Made by a program: the position numbers and the translations under genes. The notes below the pieces were generated by a model that was not told the origin of the DNA, searched no databases, and saw nothing but the letters and a program-made list of their open reading frames with translations. Below, one piece after another: positions 25,301-38,449 of a stretch of 64,000 nt of DNA. Origin of the DNA: Macrostomum lignano (lineage: Eukaryota); the NCBI GenBank assembly GCA_002269645.1, contig NIVC01000359.1:1-64000 (forward strand), read 5' to 3'. Each line of letters starts with the position of its first letter. Positions within the stretch are counted from its first letter, which is position 1.

Positions 25301-28300
25301 CATCCTGTTAGCTACAGACATCCTGTTAGCTACAGAAATCCGGTTAGCTACAGACATCCGGTTAGCTACAGACATCCTGTTAGCTACAGACATCCGGTTA
25401 GCTACAGACATCCTGTTAGCTACAGACATCCGGTTAGCTACAGACATCCTGTTAGCTACAGACATCCTGTTAGCTACAGAAATGCTGTTAGCTACAGACA
25501 TCCTGTTAGCTACAGACATCCTGTTAGCTACAGACATCCTGTTAGCTACAGAAATGCTGTTAGCTACAGACATCCTGTTAGCTACAGACATCCTGTTAGC
25601 TACAGACATCCTGTTATCGTGTTAGTGCTGTGCAAAAGTTCACTTTACCCACCCCAGGCCCTCTGGCTGCTCATGCGGGGCTGCGGCCGTCACCTGGAGC
25701 AGCTCAGCCTGCCAGCCCAGCAGCTGCGCAAAGCCGAGGCCTTCTGCTTCATCGCCGACTGCCGACTTCGCCAGCTAACGCTGACCAACGTGGCGAACGA
25801 GACTGTCGTGACGGCCGCAGCTGAGGCCTGCGGCTCCGGCCTGGTGTCGCTTCGGCTGACGCTGGCGAGGCAGCTTGAGCGGCTCGGCGACCGAGTCGGA
25901 TGGGAGAAGCTGGAGAAGCTGGAGGAGCTGCGCATCGAGCGGGTAACACTCCCTATCAATACACAATACCCCAAATATCCATGCCCCCAATACTCAAATG
26001 CTAAAACGCAATAATACCCCAATACCCCAATATCAATACCCCAGTATCAATACCCCAGTGCCCAAATATCAATACCCCAGTGCCCAAATATCAATACCCC
26101 AGTGCCCAAATATCAATACCCCAGTATCAATACCCCAGTGCCCAGATATCAATACCCCAGTATCAAGGCTAATACCCCAATACCCTAATACCCTAATATC
26201 AATGCCCCAATACCAATACCCCAGTATCAATACCCCACTACCCAAGAAACCCGTTCGCCTCCCCCCTCAGTCGAAGGATGTCGCACTCTTCGAGGACTGG
26301 ACTCGCTGGCCGATGATCCGAGAAGGCAGCGCCGCAGCCGCCGAAGCCTCCTGGCAGCTGAACGGCTGCAGCCTCCGGGCGCTCCATCTCGGCAGGGCCG
26401 ACCTGACCGGCGGCTGCCTTCGCCGCCTCGCCGCCCGCCTGCCGCAGCTTCGCCGACTCGACCTGCCGGACTGTGCCGGCCTCGCTAACGAAGACTTCGC
26501 CTCGCTGAAGGGCCTCGGCCGCCTGAGCTTCCTAGACGCGTCCGGCACCGCCTTTGACGGACGACAGCCGCCGCCGCCAGAGCTGCAGGTGAGCAAAAAG
26601 CTTAGGAATCAGTTTTAATAGTTTAGTTCGTGTGCTGATTTCCCGTGTCTTGATTTCCATCAGTGTGATTTCCAGTGTGATTTCCATTATTCGTGTGATT
26701 TTTATTAGTCTGATTTTCATTAGTGTGATTTCCATTAGTGTGATTTCCATTAGTGTGATTTCCCTTCCTGTGATTTCCATTAGTGTGATTTCCATTAGTG
26801 TGATTTCCATTCGTGTGATTTCCACTAGTGTGATTTCCATTAGTGTGATTTTCATTGGTGTGATTTCCCTTCGTGTGATTTCCCTTCGTGTGATTTCCCT
26901 TCGTGTGATTTACATTAGTGTGATTTTCATTAGTGTGATTTCCCTTCGTGTGATTTCCATTAGTGTGATTTCCATTAGTGTGATTTCCCTTCGTGTGATT
27001 TCCATTAGTGTGATTTTCATTAGTGTGATTTCCCTTCGTGTGATTTTCATTGGTGTGATTTCCATTAGTGTGATTTCCATTAGTGTGATTTCCATTCGTG
27101 TGATTTTCATTAGTGTGATTTCCATTCGTGTGATTTTCATTAGTGTGATTTTCATTAGTGTGATTTCCCTTCGTGTGATTTTCATTGGTGTGATTTCCAT
27201 TAGTGTGATTTTCATTGGTGTGATTTCCATTAGTGTGATTTCCATTAGTGTGATTTCCATTCGTGTGATTTCCATTCGTGTGATTTCCCTTCGTGTGATT
27301 TCCATTAGTGTGATTTCCCTTCCTGTGATTTCCATTCGTGTGATTTTTATTAGTGTGATTTTCATTAGTGTGATTTTCATTAGTGTGATTTCCCTTCGTG
27401 TGATTTCCCTTGTGTGATTTTCATTAGTGTGATTTCCCTTCGTGTGAATTCCATTCGTGTGATTTTCATTGGTGTGATTTCCATTAGTGTGATTTCCATT
27501 AGTGTGATTTCCATTAGTGTGATTTCCATTAGTGTGATTTCCCTTCGTGTGATTTTCCTTCGTGTGATTTACATTAGTGTGATTTTCATTAGTGTGATTT
27601 CCCTTCGTGTGATTTCCCTTCGTGTGATTTCCATTAGTGTGATCTCCATTAGTGTGATTTCCATTAGTGTGATTTTCAGTCACAAGTGATTTCCATTCAC
27701 AAATGATTTCCAGTCACAAGTGATTTCCAGTCACAAAAGATTCCAGTCACAAGTGATTTCCAGTCACAAATGATTTCCAGTCACAAGTGATTTCCAGTCG
27801 CACGATTTCGCAATACTTGAGCCCCTACTCAAATGCATAATAGTTCTGCTTGATCTCCGAGCGCACGCTTCATTGTTTGCCCGCTCAACCACCACCGCAG
27901 GAGCTGCTGGCAGCCCGCTGCCCGATGCTCGGCCCCGGCGGCCTGGCGCCCCTGCTGGCCAACTGTCGGCGTCTCGTCAGCCTAGACCTGACCAGGTGTC
28001 CGGGTTTGGCCAGGCCCGGCCAGCTGGCTACCGCTCTGGCCAGGCGAACCGCTCTGTCGGACGGCTTCGACCGGTTCCCGAAACTCCGCCTGCGGATCAG
28101 CGGCAGCGGCGGTGGCGGCAGCAGAAGCAGTGACTCGGAGGAGGACGAAGAAGCCGAAGCTGGGGGAGGCGATGGGGATGCGGATGCATCTCTGGCGCTG
28201 TCAGAGCGTCTTGCTCGGCTTCGCCTAGGCTTCGGAGTTGAAGTTGTCGAAACTGCCAGCCCCGCCGCTGCCTCTGTCGGTGATAACGACGACCGTGACT

Positions 28301-28563
28301 CGTCGGCGGAGGAGGAACACGACAGCGACGAATCCGAGGCAGGCAATCTATTCATGTTCGACTATGAGCACATGCCGCCCTGGCTTAGCGATGATGACGA
28401 GGACGAGTTCGATGAAGAAGAAGAGAATCTCAGCATGGACAGCGACGAGTTCTACGAACGGCAGATGCTCGAGGACATTAACGGCTTCGGCTCGTCCGAT
28501 GCGGACAGCAACAGCAGCTCCGAGGACAACGACCACGATTTGGATGATGATGATGATGATTGA
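19343..28563 (+). CDS. Large F-box/LRR protein, copy B (~1459 codons, 9 exons, no ATG in first exon)
   Basis: Exons 19343-20346, 20608-21398, 22168-22354, 23055-23330, 23685-23766, 24192-24962, 25658-25942, 26271-26588, 27901-28563. Same intron positions and phases as copy A; same F-box, LRRs and acidic tail. Confidence 0.72.
20382..20558. repeat. 22-bp minisatellite (CTCTTCACTCTGGAACAGGCAT)n, intron 1 of copy B
   Basis: About 8 units; a 1-nt-shorter homolog of the copy A 23-mer. Confidence 0.95.
21450..22088. repeat. 24-bp minisatellite (TCTGTAGCTGGTGTTACAGTGCCG)n, intron 2 of copy B
   Basis: About 26 units. Confidence 0.95.
22490..22925. repeat. Degenerate GGAATTGGGATTTT-type repeat, intron 3 of copy B
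   Basis: Low-complexity G/T/A tandem motif. Confidence 0.85.
23903..24151. repeat. 24-bp minisatellite (TTTGAGCGTGCACTTTAGCGAGTA)n, intron 5 of copy B
   Basis: About 10 units. Confidence 0.95.
25028..25618. repeat. 18-bp minisatellite (GACATCCTGTTAGCTACA)n, intron 6 of copy B
   Basis: About 32 units. Confidence 0.95.
25955..26240. repeat. Degenerate AATACCCC-type repeat, intron 7 of copy B
   Basis: Recurrent TCAATACCCCAG motif. Confidence 0.85.
26632..27800. repeat. 15-bp minisatellite (TAGTGTGATTTCCAT)n grading into a 17-bp CAGTCACAAGTGATTTC unit, intron 8 of copy B
   Basis: Direct reading. Confidence 0.95.
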
Positions 28564-28979
28564 TGATTAGAATGATGATTGATGATGATGATTGATGATT
28601 AGAATGATGATTGATGATGATGATTGATGATTAGAATGATGATTGATGATGATGATTGATGATGATTGACGATGATGATGATTGATGATGTTTATTTATA
28701 ATTGATTATGATGATTGATGATGTTTATTTATGATTGATTATGATGATTGATGATGATTGACGATGATGATGATTGATGATTGATGATGATAATGAAGAT
28801 TGGTGATGATAATGATGATTGATGATGATTGACGATGATGATGATGATGATGATGATTGATGATGATGATTATTATTATTATTGACGATGATGATGGTGA
28901 TGATTGATGGTGATTGATGATGATGATTATTATTATTATTATTATTGACGATGATGATGGTGATGATTGTTTATGATTG

Positions 28980-29011
<32 letters not shown>

Positions 29012-29075
29012 GATTGATCATGATTGATCATGATTGATCATGATGATGATGATGATTGACGATGATGATGGTTGA
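28543..29075. repeat. (GAT)n-based repeat starting in the poly-Asp tail of copy B
   Basis: Direct reading. Confidence 0.95.
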
Positions 29076-30033
29076 TTATTAAGACTTATAACCTCGACCC
29101 GTTGAAATCGTTACCGTAAACATAACTGCTTAGAAGTCGTTCCAAACAGCTCTCTAGCGACTCTTGTGACTTTCAAAGACTCAAAACGCATCTAATGCGA
29201 CTGAGAGGCGACTGTTGCAACACAAGCGCGTCACGTAAGTTGTTGAATCGTAAAAGAGTCGCGAAAGAGTCGTCCAAGAATCGTTATGTTGGCCCGCTTA
29301 ACTTTCTACTAACTCAGTAGGCTAGTTAGAGTGCAATTAGCGACGCACAAACTGAAAGTAGCTTAACTGAAGCTGGCCAAAAGTCAGCTTTTCTTTAATT
29401 AAATCACCTGTTTATTGCATTCAAATATGTGTACATGCAAATCTAATGAGATTCTTCAAAAAAGTGTCTCAAACTTGCTTTCTACTTATTTGTTCAGTAG
29501 TAAGTAAAGCGACTTATTGGCGCTAGTTGATGCAGATGGTTACCCCAGCTATTTTTTCTTTAATAAAACCAGTACACTATATTGTTTGATTTTGTAGCCA
29601 AAGTGGCCACTTTCAAAGGACCTTCGATAGCATTTATTAATTATCAATTTATTAGTTGGCATATATCCCCGCTCTTCTCTTATATTCAACTATCCTGTGT
29701 TTGCCTATTCAGCTAATAGCACCGGTTAAAACTAGATACTTTTGCTGAAAATTTTTCAGCCTTCCAATATCTTCTTTATTCGAGAGAGTGCAGCCGGAGC
29801 ATCACCGATATAAGCTTTCCCTGTATCACACTTCTGGGGCATTGTTGCCTGAGAATGAGTCTTTTATCAATTGTTTTTTTGTAATAAACTTGCTGTGGAG
29901 CAAATGCCTCTATTGTTTAATTGTTGATCTGCTGTAACTCACTGTCTTGCATTTTTTATTTGTGACTTTTTCACTGATTGGAAAACCTTTGACTAGACCC
30001 TGTATATCATCCTCGCTTATCCCTTCTCGTGTA

Positions 30034-30222
30034 GCATTCAGTGAACTTCTGCACTCTCACACAGCATCATTCAGTGAACTTCTGCACTCTCACACAGCAT
30101 CATTCAGTGAACTGCCGCACTCACACAGCATCATTCAGTGAACTGCCGCACTCTCACACAGCATCATTCAGTGAACTGCCGCACTCACACAGCATCATTC
30201 AGTGAACTGCCGCGCTCACACG
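30034..30222. repeat. 31-33-bp minisatellite just upstream of the DCTD acceptor
   Basis: About 6 units of CATTCAGTGAACT(TCT/GCC)GCACTC(TC)ACACAGCAT. Confidence 0.9.
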
Positions 30223-30239
30223 GCATTCTCCAATTCCAG

Positions 30240-30782
30240 GAGCCGGACAGCCAGAGCAGTGCCAATGGGGACACAGCCGGGCCCAGGCGTGACTACCTGA
30301 GCTGGGAGGACTACTTCATGGCCGTGGCCTGTCTGTCAGGTCAGCGCAGCAAGGACCCTGTCACCCAGGTTGGCTGCTGCATTGTGGACCAGCACAGGCG
30401 CATTGTGGCAGTTGGCTACAACGGCATGCCAACCGGTTGCCACGACGATCTGCTGCCCTGGGGCAAATCTAAAGATCCGACCTCCATGGATTCCAAGCAT
30501 TTGTACGTGTGCCACGCCGAAATGAACGCTATTGTGAATAAGAACTCAGCCACAGTTGCAGGTTGCACAATCTACGTGGCCTTGTTTCCGTGCAACGAGT
30601 GCGCCAAGTTGATAATCCAGTCAGGCATCAAGGAGGTGGTTTATCTGTCCGATAAGCATCGGACAAAGCCGGCCACCAAAGCAGCTAAGCGCATGCTGGC
30701 GAAGGCCGGCGTCTCTATGTGCCAATTTGAGTCTAAAAGAACTCAAATTACTGTAGACTTTGATGTTGACTTGATGGATTAA
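30240..30782 (+). CDS. DCTD: Deoxycytidylate (dCMP) deaminase, single coding exon beginning at an acceptor without ATG
   Basis: [37 protein letters not shown], the Zn-binding CHAE and PCNEC motifs, [11 protein letters not shown]; acceptor TTCTCCAATTCCAG ends at 30239. Confidence 0.95.
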   Translation, partial: EPDSQSSANGDTAGPRRDYLSWEDYFMAVACLSGQRSKDPVTQVGCCIVDQHRRIVAVGYNGMPTGCHDDLLPWGKSKDPTSMDSKHLYVCHAEMNAIVNKNSATVAGCTIYVALFPCNECAKLIIQSGIKEVVYLSDKHRTKPATKAAKRMLAKAGVSMCQFESKRTQITVDFDVDLMD

Positions 30783-30799
30783 AATGGCTGCTGGATTGA

Positions 30800-31145
30800 A
30801 AGGTCCTCGGCTCCCCTCTGGAGGAGTCTGGAAGAGGGTAGGTGGGGAAGAGGAGGGGAACAGACAGGTGAGAAGGAGAGGTGCGGAAGAGACAAGGGAA
30901 GGGAGATGTGGAGGAGGAGAGACACATGGGGAAGAATCGGAAGAAGAGACGGGTGTGGAAGAGACAGATGGGGAAGAGGCAGGTAGGGAAGAGACAGATG
31001 GGGAAGAGGCAGGTAGGGAAGAGACAGATGGGGAAGAGGCAGGTAGGGAAGAGACAGATGGGGAAGAGGCAGGTAGGGAAGAGACAGATGGGGAAGAGGC
31101 AGGTAGGGAAGAGACAGATGGGGAAGAGGCAGGTGAGGAAGAGAG
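30800..31145. repeat. Polypurine 30-bp minisatellite (GAAGAGACAGATGGGGAAGAGGCAGGTAGG)n
   Basis: About 6 near-perfect units at 30958-31135 with a degenerate 5' flank. Confidence 0.9.
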
Positions 31146-31562
31146 CTAGAACTATCGGATTTCATTTTTAGCATAGTGGATTTTCAATTTTTCTCGGTGC
31201 TTGAATTTATTATGAAAATTTTTTGGTGGAGCGCTTTTACCCTTTTTATTATTCATATTTTGATGCACAAGTTGGAGCCAATTAAGTTAGGCTTCAATAT
31301 TCTACGAGTATCAGGTTGTTAGAAATCACGTACCTGTAATCTGGTGATTTGCTTGGTTTTGGATTTTTCTTAAGCCAACAATGAATTGTTTAGTCGTGGC
31401 GGATTTTACTGCAGTAAATTTACGTAACTCACTACTACTTTAAAGCGTTTCTTGACTTTCTCGCTTGTTTTTATTGAAAAATAAAACTGTATTCTCATTT
31501 GCTTTGTTTTATTGATTTTTCAATTTAAAACAATCTCAATTGTTTTTACTTTACCGACAGTT

Positions 31563-32095
31563 GACCCTAGACCTGAGACAGACCCTAGATCTGAGACACA
31601 TACCCTAGACTTGAAACACATACCCTAGATCTGAGACACATACCCTAGATCTGAGACAGACCCTAGATCTGAGACACATACCCTAGACTTGAGACACATA
31701 CCCTATATCTGAGATACATACCCTAGATCTGAGACAGACCCTAGATCTGAGACACATACCCTAGACTTGAAACACATACCCTAGATCTGAGACACATACC
31801 CTAGATCTGAGACAGACCCTAGATCTGAGACACATACCCTAGACTTGAGACACATACCCTATATCTGAGATACATACCCTAGATCTGAGACAGACCCTAG
31901 ATCTGAGACAGACAATAGATCTGAGACACAGACCCTAGATCTGAGACAGACCCTAGACCTGAGACACAAACCCCTAGACCTGAGACACAAATTCTTAGAC
32001 CTGAGACACAGACCCCTAGACCTGAGACACAGACCCCTAGACCTGAGACACACATTCTTAGACCTGAGACACAGTTCTCTAGACCTTAGACACAT
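31563..32095. repeat. 18-21-bp minisatellite (CCCTAGATCTGAGACACATA)n
   Basis: Tandem units ending ~30 bp before the NEPRO-like ATG. Confidence 0.92.
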
Positions 32096-32124
32096 ACAGA
32101 ATTTCAACTAAATGAATTTCATTC

Positions 32125-34058
<1,934 letters not shown>

Positions 34059-35365
34059 TAGGACTTGACTGTGTGACTTGGCTAGTTTGTGCTTGTCAAC
34101 TTCAAGTGCATTAAGCATTATTCCCTATCTATTAAAGTCATATTATGTATTTTGTAATTTTATTTTTGTACTTTTTTTCTTTCAATGGTCTGAACTATTT
34201 GCAAATGTCTGATAAGTTCAATGCATTTTTGTGTTAGGAAAATACACGCTACAGAGTTTTGTGCCTAATCTGACAGTGCTGTCTTAAAGCGCAAACAATG
34301 CAAATAATTCTTAGTTGCTTGATTGTAGTTATATTTATAATTAAAGAGTTGCAGCCTAGTGGTTAAAGCGTTGGACTCACGACTGAAAGGTCCATGGTTT
34401 GGAATGCGTATTTGTCAATCAACCATCGGCAGTGTTAGCTCGTAGTGAGTGAGGCTTTCAACGAGCTTTATATAGCAAGGCTTTTTAGAGCCCTTAAATC
34501 TGTCCATCTCACTCAAGCAGCTCTCACCGCTCCAGCCTGCAGTACAGACTAGTTCAGATCCTACGTAGAAATTTAACGCCGGTATAATCTCGTCAAGTCG
34601 ATCGATGCAGGCTTGCTAGCAGACCTTTGAGCATACAGACGGATACTAACGGATACAGACACGGGTCCTAAATTTCTCATAGTCCATTCATGTACACTCT
34701 CCGAGCTCCAGGTGTCAAATTTCGTACACGAGGCCTGAATTAATGTGGCCGCGCATGGAATCGAGCCCAAGGTCTTTGGCTCAGTGTGCTCAACATTTAG
34801 GTACTTCTACCAGGCTCTGCAAGGTGCTCATTTGAATCTAGGACTCAAAAAGAATGTACTTTCTCTGTCTTGCAACTTTGAGCATAGAATTTGTCAATTC
34901 AAGCGTGCAATGTTCGAAAGCTAAATTTAGTCTCTATTGTTAGTATATCCTGAGGAAATGGTGTTAAAAGCAAAGAGCATCAGCCCTGAAAGCCAGCTAT
35001 CTAGTCTAAGTTGTCAGCATCCTCTGTGAGCGAGGTTGGCCTACCAACAGAATCCAACTGACCCTTGGTATCTCAGCTACCCCTTCCCCCCGATGAGCAG
35101 CAGCATTTCAGCAATCCCCTCATGAGTCTCGAAATCTCAGCTATTCCCCCGTTAGCCTTACTATCTCAGCAACTGGATCAAGAGCCACAGTATTTCAGCC
35201 ATCCCCCGTGAGCTCTGACGTTTCAGCAATTCACACCGGAATATTTGACATCTCAGCAATTCCATATGAGCCTTGAGCCACAGCATTTCGGGTATTTCTC
35301 CATGAGCCCCGAAAACTCAGCAGCCGCCCCCCCCCCCTCATGAGCCGATTCCCCAAGGAGTCTTT

Positions 35366-36067
35366 TATGTCTGACATGACGCTTCTTTTATGTTTGACAT
35401 GACGCTTCTTTTATGTTTGACATGACGCTTCTTTTATGTTCGACATGACGCTTCTTTTATGTTTGACATGACGCTTCTTTTATGTTTGACATGAAGTTTC
35501 TTTTATGTTTGACATGACGCTTCTTTTATGTTTGACATGACGCTTCTTTTATGTTTGACATGAAGTTTCTTTTATGTTTGAAATGACGCTTCTTTTATGT
35601 TTGACATGACGCTTCTTTTATGTTCGACATGAAGTTTCTTTTATGTTTGACATGACGCTTCTTTTATGTTTGACATGACGCTTCTTTTATGTTTGACATG
35701 ACGCTTCTTTTATATTTGACATGACGCTTCTTTTATATTTGACATGACGCTTCTTTTACGCTTGACATGACGCTTCTTTTACGCTTGACATGACGCTTCT
35801 TTTATATTTGACATGACGCTTCTTTTACGCTTGACATGACGCTTCTTTTACGCTTGACATGACGCTTCTTTTATATTTGACATGACGCTTCTTTTACGCT
35901 TGACATGGTGCTTCTTTTACGCTTGACATGGTGCTTCTTTTACGCTTGAATGGTGCTTCTTTTATGGTTGACATGCCGCTTCTTTCATGGTTGACATGCC
36001 GCTTCTTTCATGTTTGACATGCCGCTTCTTTCATGGTTGACATGCCGCTTCTTTTATGTTTGACATG
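35366..36067. repeat. 23-bp minisatellite (GACATGACGCTTCTTTTATGTTT)n
   Basis: About 30 units with progressive 3' divergence. Confidence 0.95.
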
Positions 36068-36313
36068 TTGCATCGTTACGTATTTTGCTAGCGTTTTAGC
36101 TTCGAAAATAGTTAACTTATCGCTTCGGCGTAACAAAATCCTAATTGAAAAATAACAGCCAAGGATCCATTTCGCAGAGTCGATCGATCCCTTAGTCGTC
36201 GTCGCTCAAGCCTTTGCCCACACTATAGAAATGCTATCATTTATTTCCATGTTTGCTCCCTCAATTGTGCTACAGCCAGCAGGAAGAGGTATCAAACCCG
36301 CTGGAGCATTAAA

Positions 36314-36591
36314 TTTTTTTATTAGAGGCAGGGGGTTGTGTGCACCCTGGCGCACTTTAAGCGACATAGGCACACAACCGGCGAGAACTACCCATTCCGC
36401 CGACTCCCCTGAGCAGGCATACAAGCGCGCGGATACGTACGCAGGCATGCACACACTCACACAGGAGTGCACGAGCAGAGCCAAGCCGAGATTCCAATTC
36501 AGCCCCAAATTAATGTGACTGCACTTGGAATCGAGCCTGGGTCGCTGGCACACCAGAGCAGCTGCGCTACCGCTGGGCTACGGCCCCCCTT
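36314..36591 (-). mobile_element. Full-length tRNA-derived SINE, family 2
   Basis: On the - strand: A box TAGCCCAGCGG, B box GGCTCGATTCC and an A-rich tail; 12-bp TSD TGGAGCATTAAA (36302-36313, 36592-36603). Probable partial relatives near 23400-23510, 34735-34800 and 41975-42035. Confidence 0.82.
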
Positions 36592-38449
36592 TGGAGCATT
36601 AAAAGAAAAGTCGTCGGAATTTCCCCTGGGGTTGGTAGGTTGCTACACGGATGCAATACATCTTATAGGAATATGAGCTAATGCAACAAAATAGTTTAGA
36701 ATGCCTTTTTCAGAATAGAAGAATATACTCAGCCACATCGAAAATTCGCCGTCACACAAGATTCCGTCTGTTGTCGCCACTTTTGAGAGTGCAGGTAAAG
36801 TCTCTCAATCTTGCGAGTGACGCAAATCAGGTACGCCGCGGCAGACTTGGGTTGAGGAATGAAGTGGGGGAGCGGTGTGCGAGGGTTTTGTTGGACGGAT
36901 TAAAGCTGCCCCGATCAGTTTTCTCGTATCTTTTGTTTCAGAATAGTCTCAGAGAAATTGCTCACTGGCGCATAGATTGGCAACTTTTCAATGTTGCTGA
37001 GTACACATGTTCCAAAATAGCAATGCAGTCATTGAGAGGGTACACGGATCGGTCTCATGAATTGCTGCAACAGTAAGCAGAGACAATTAAGCGCAGTGGT
37101 GCCTGACCCGAGGTAGCAGCTTTTATCATCTGGCTTAATCTGCAACAAAACAATGTGTGACATTTTAGCGCATTGACACTAAATGCATACAGAATTTATT
37201 ATTTTTCATTTTACATTCGGCATATGCCTATATATGCCTATAGTCAACAATTTCACCAAATAACTGATAATAAATAAAATTCCTGTTGTGATGCAATCTT
37301 TGTCAGAATCAGAATTCAGTCATTCTTTGCATTCGTTTTCGAAAATGCTGATTGACCTTTGCAAAAAGCTTGTTTTTCGAATATTTAATCCTTTTAGCAT
37401 TGAGCAATTTTTTTTATTCCCGACAAGTACTGTCACTGGAAAAATTCTGATCAAACGGTGCAAGTCTCAAGAAAATCGATTGAGCCATTTTTTCTGAAAT
37501 CCAGCACGAACCTAGATAGATAGCTACGGACAAACCATTTTTAGTATATGTAGCGAGCAACTCTAGCTGGTTGTTGCGAGTGTGAGTTAGCCACTCAAAA
37601 AGGTGGAGAAATAGAATGTGCCTGTGCCTGTATATTTATTGTCTGGTAGAACACAGATTTCCGGTTCATTGAGTGCGCGTTGGGATGTGCTCGAGCAGAG
37701 GGAAGTGGATAGGCTGGGTGGGGGTCACGGAGTGCAAACTAGGTGCCCGAACTGCCTGCCTACGCATGCTACAGTATAGTGGACTAGCAATCTGCGCCCC
37801 TCATTGGGGAATAAACTGCATGTAGCTTTTGACCTTGTACGGTTGCTATGGTAAGTATCCTACTAAGGAAAATGTTTAAAGCAAATGCTACTTTGTTTGC
37901 CTGCAGCAAGGGGCTGTAACTGTAATACTCAAGCCAAGAAGACCTTCGCCGCCTCGTGCGGGGTAGACTGCCAAGTAGAAAAGTTGCTTTTTGTGCCAAT
38001 ATTTGGTAGGAAACTGCAGCTAGAAAAACAGTGGTTTGAGTTTCCAGCAGCTCCATCTTACTTTGTATATGCTTACTCTACTGCGCAGGTTTTGAGTCGT
38101 ATACGGGCGAGCGCAGTTTAGCGGAAAAGTTGGCGAAGCAGCAGCGGTGCTTCCCATCGTATTCTTCCAGCCTATACTGGCCGGCAACGGAAGCGGCAAC
38201 TAGGCAAACACTGGAGTCCCCACCCTGCCGGGGCAGAGGGAGCTGAGAGTGCTTCTCTCTTGTGACTAACCGTTGCCATGGTAATCCAGAAGCACAAGAA
38301 GCTTTGCCCTGCTAAACCCCTTCTTGTTCTTCCCTTCGGCCAGCTTTTTGGTGTATAAAAATTCTGCCTCAAGTTAATCGACTGGAGGCTGAAAATCTCA
38401 TCTTCTGTTCTCTTTAGGCCTCTTTTACTCGTGTAAGAAACGACTGTCA

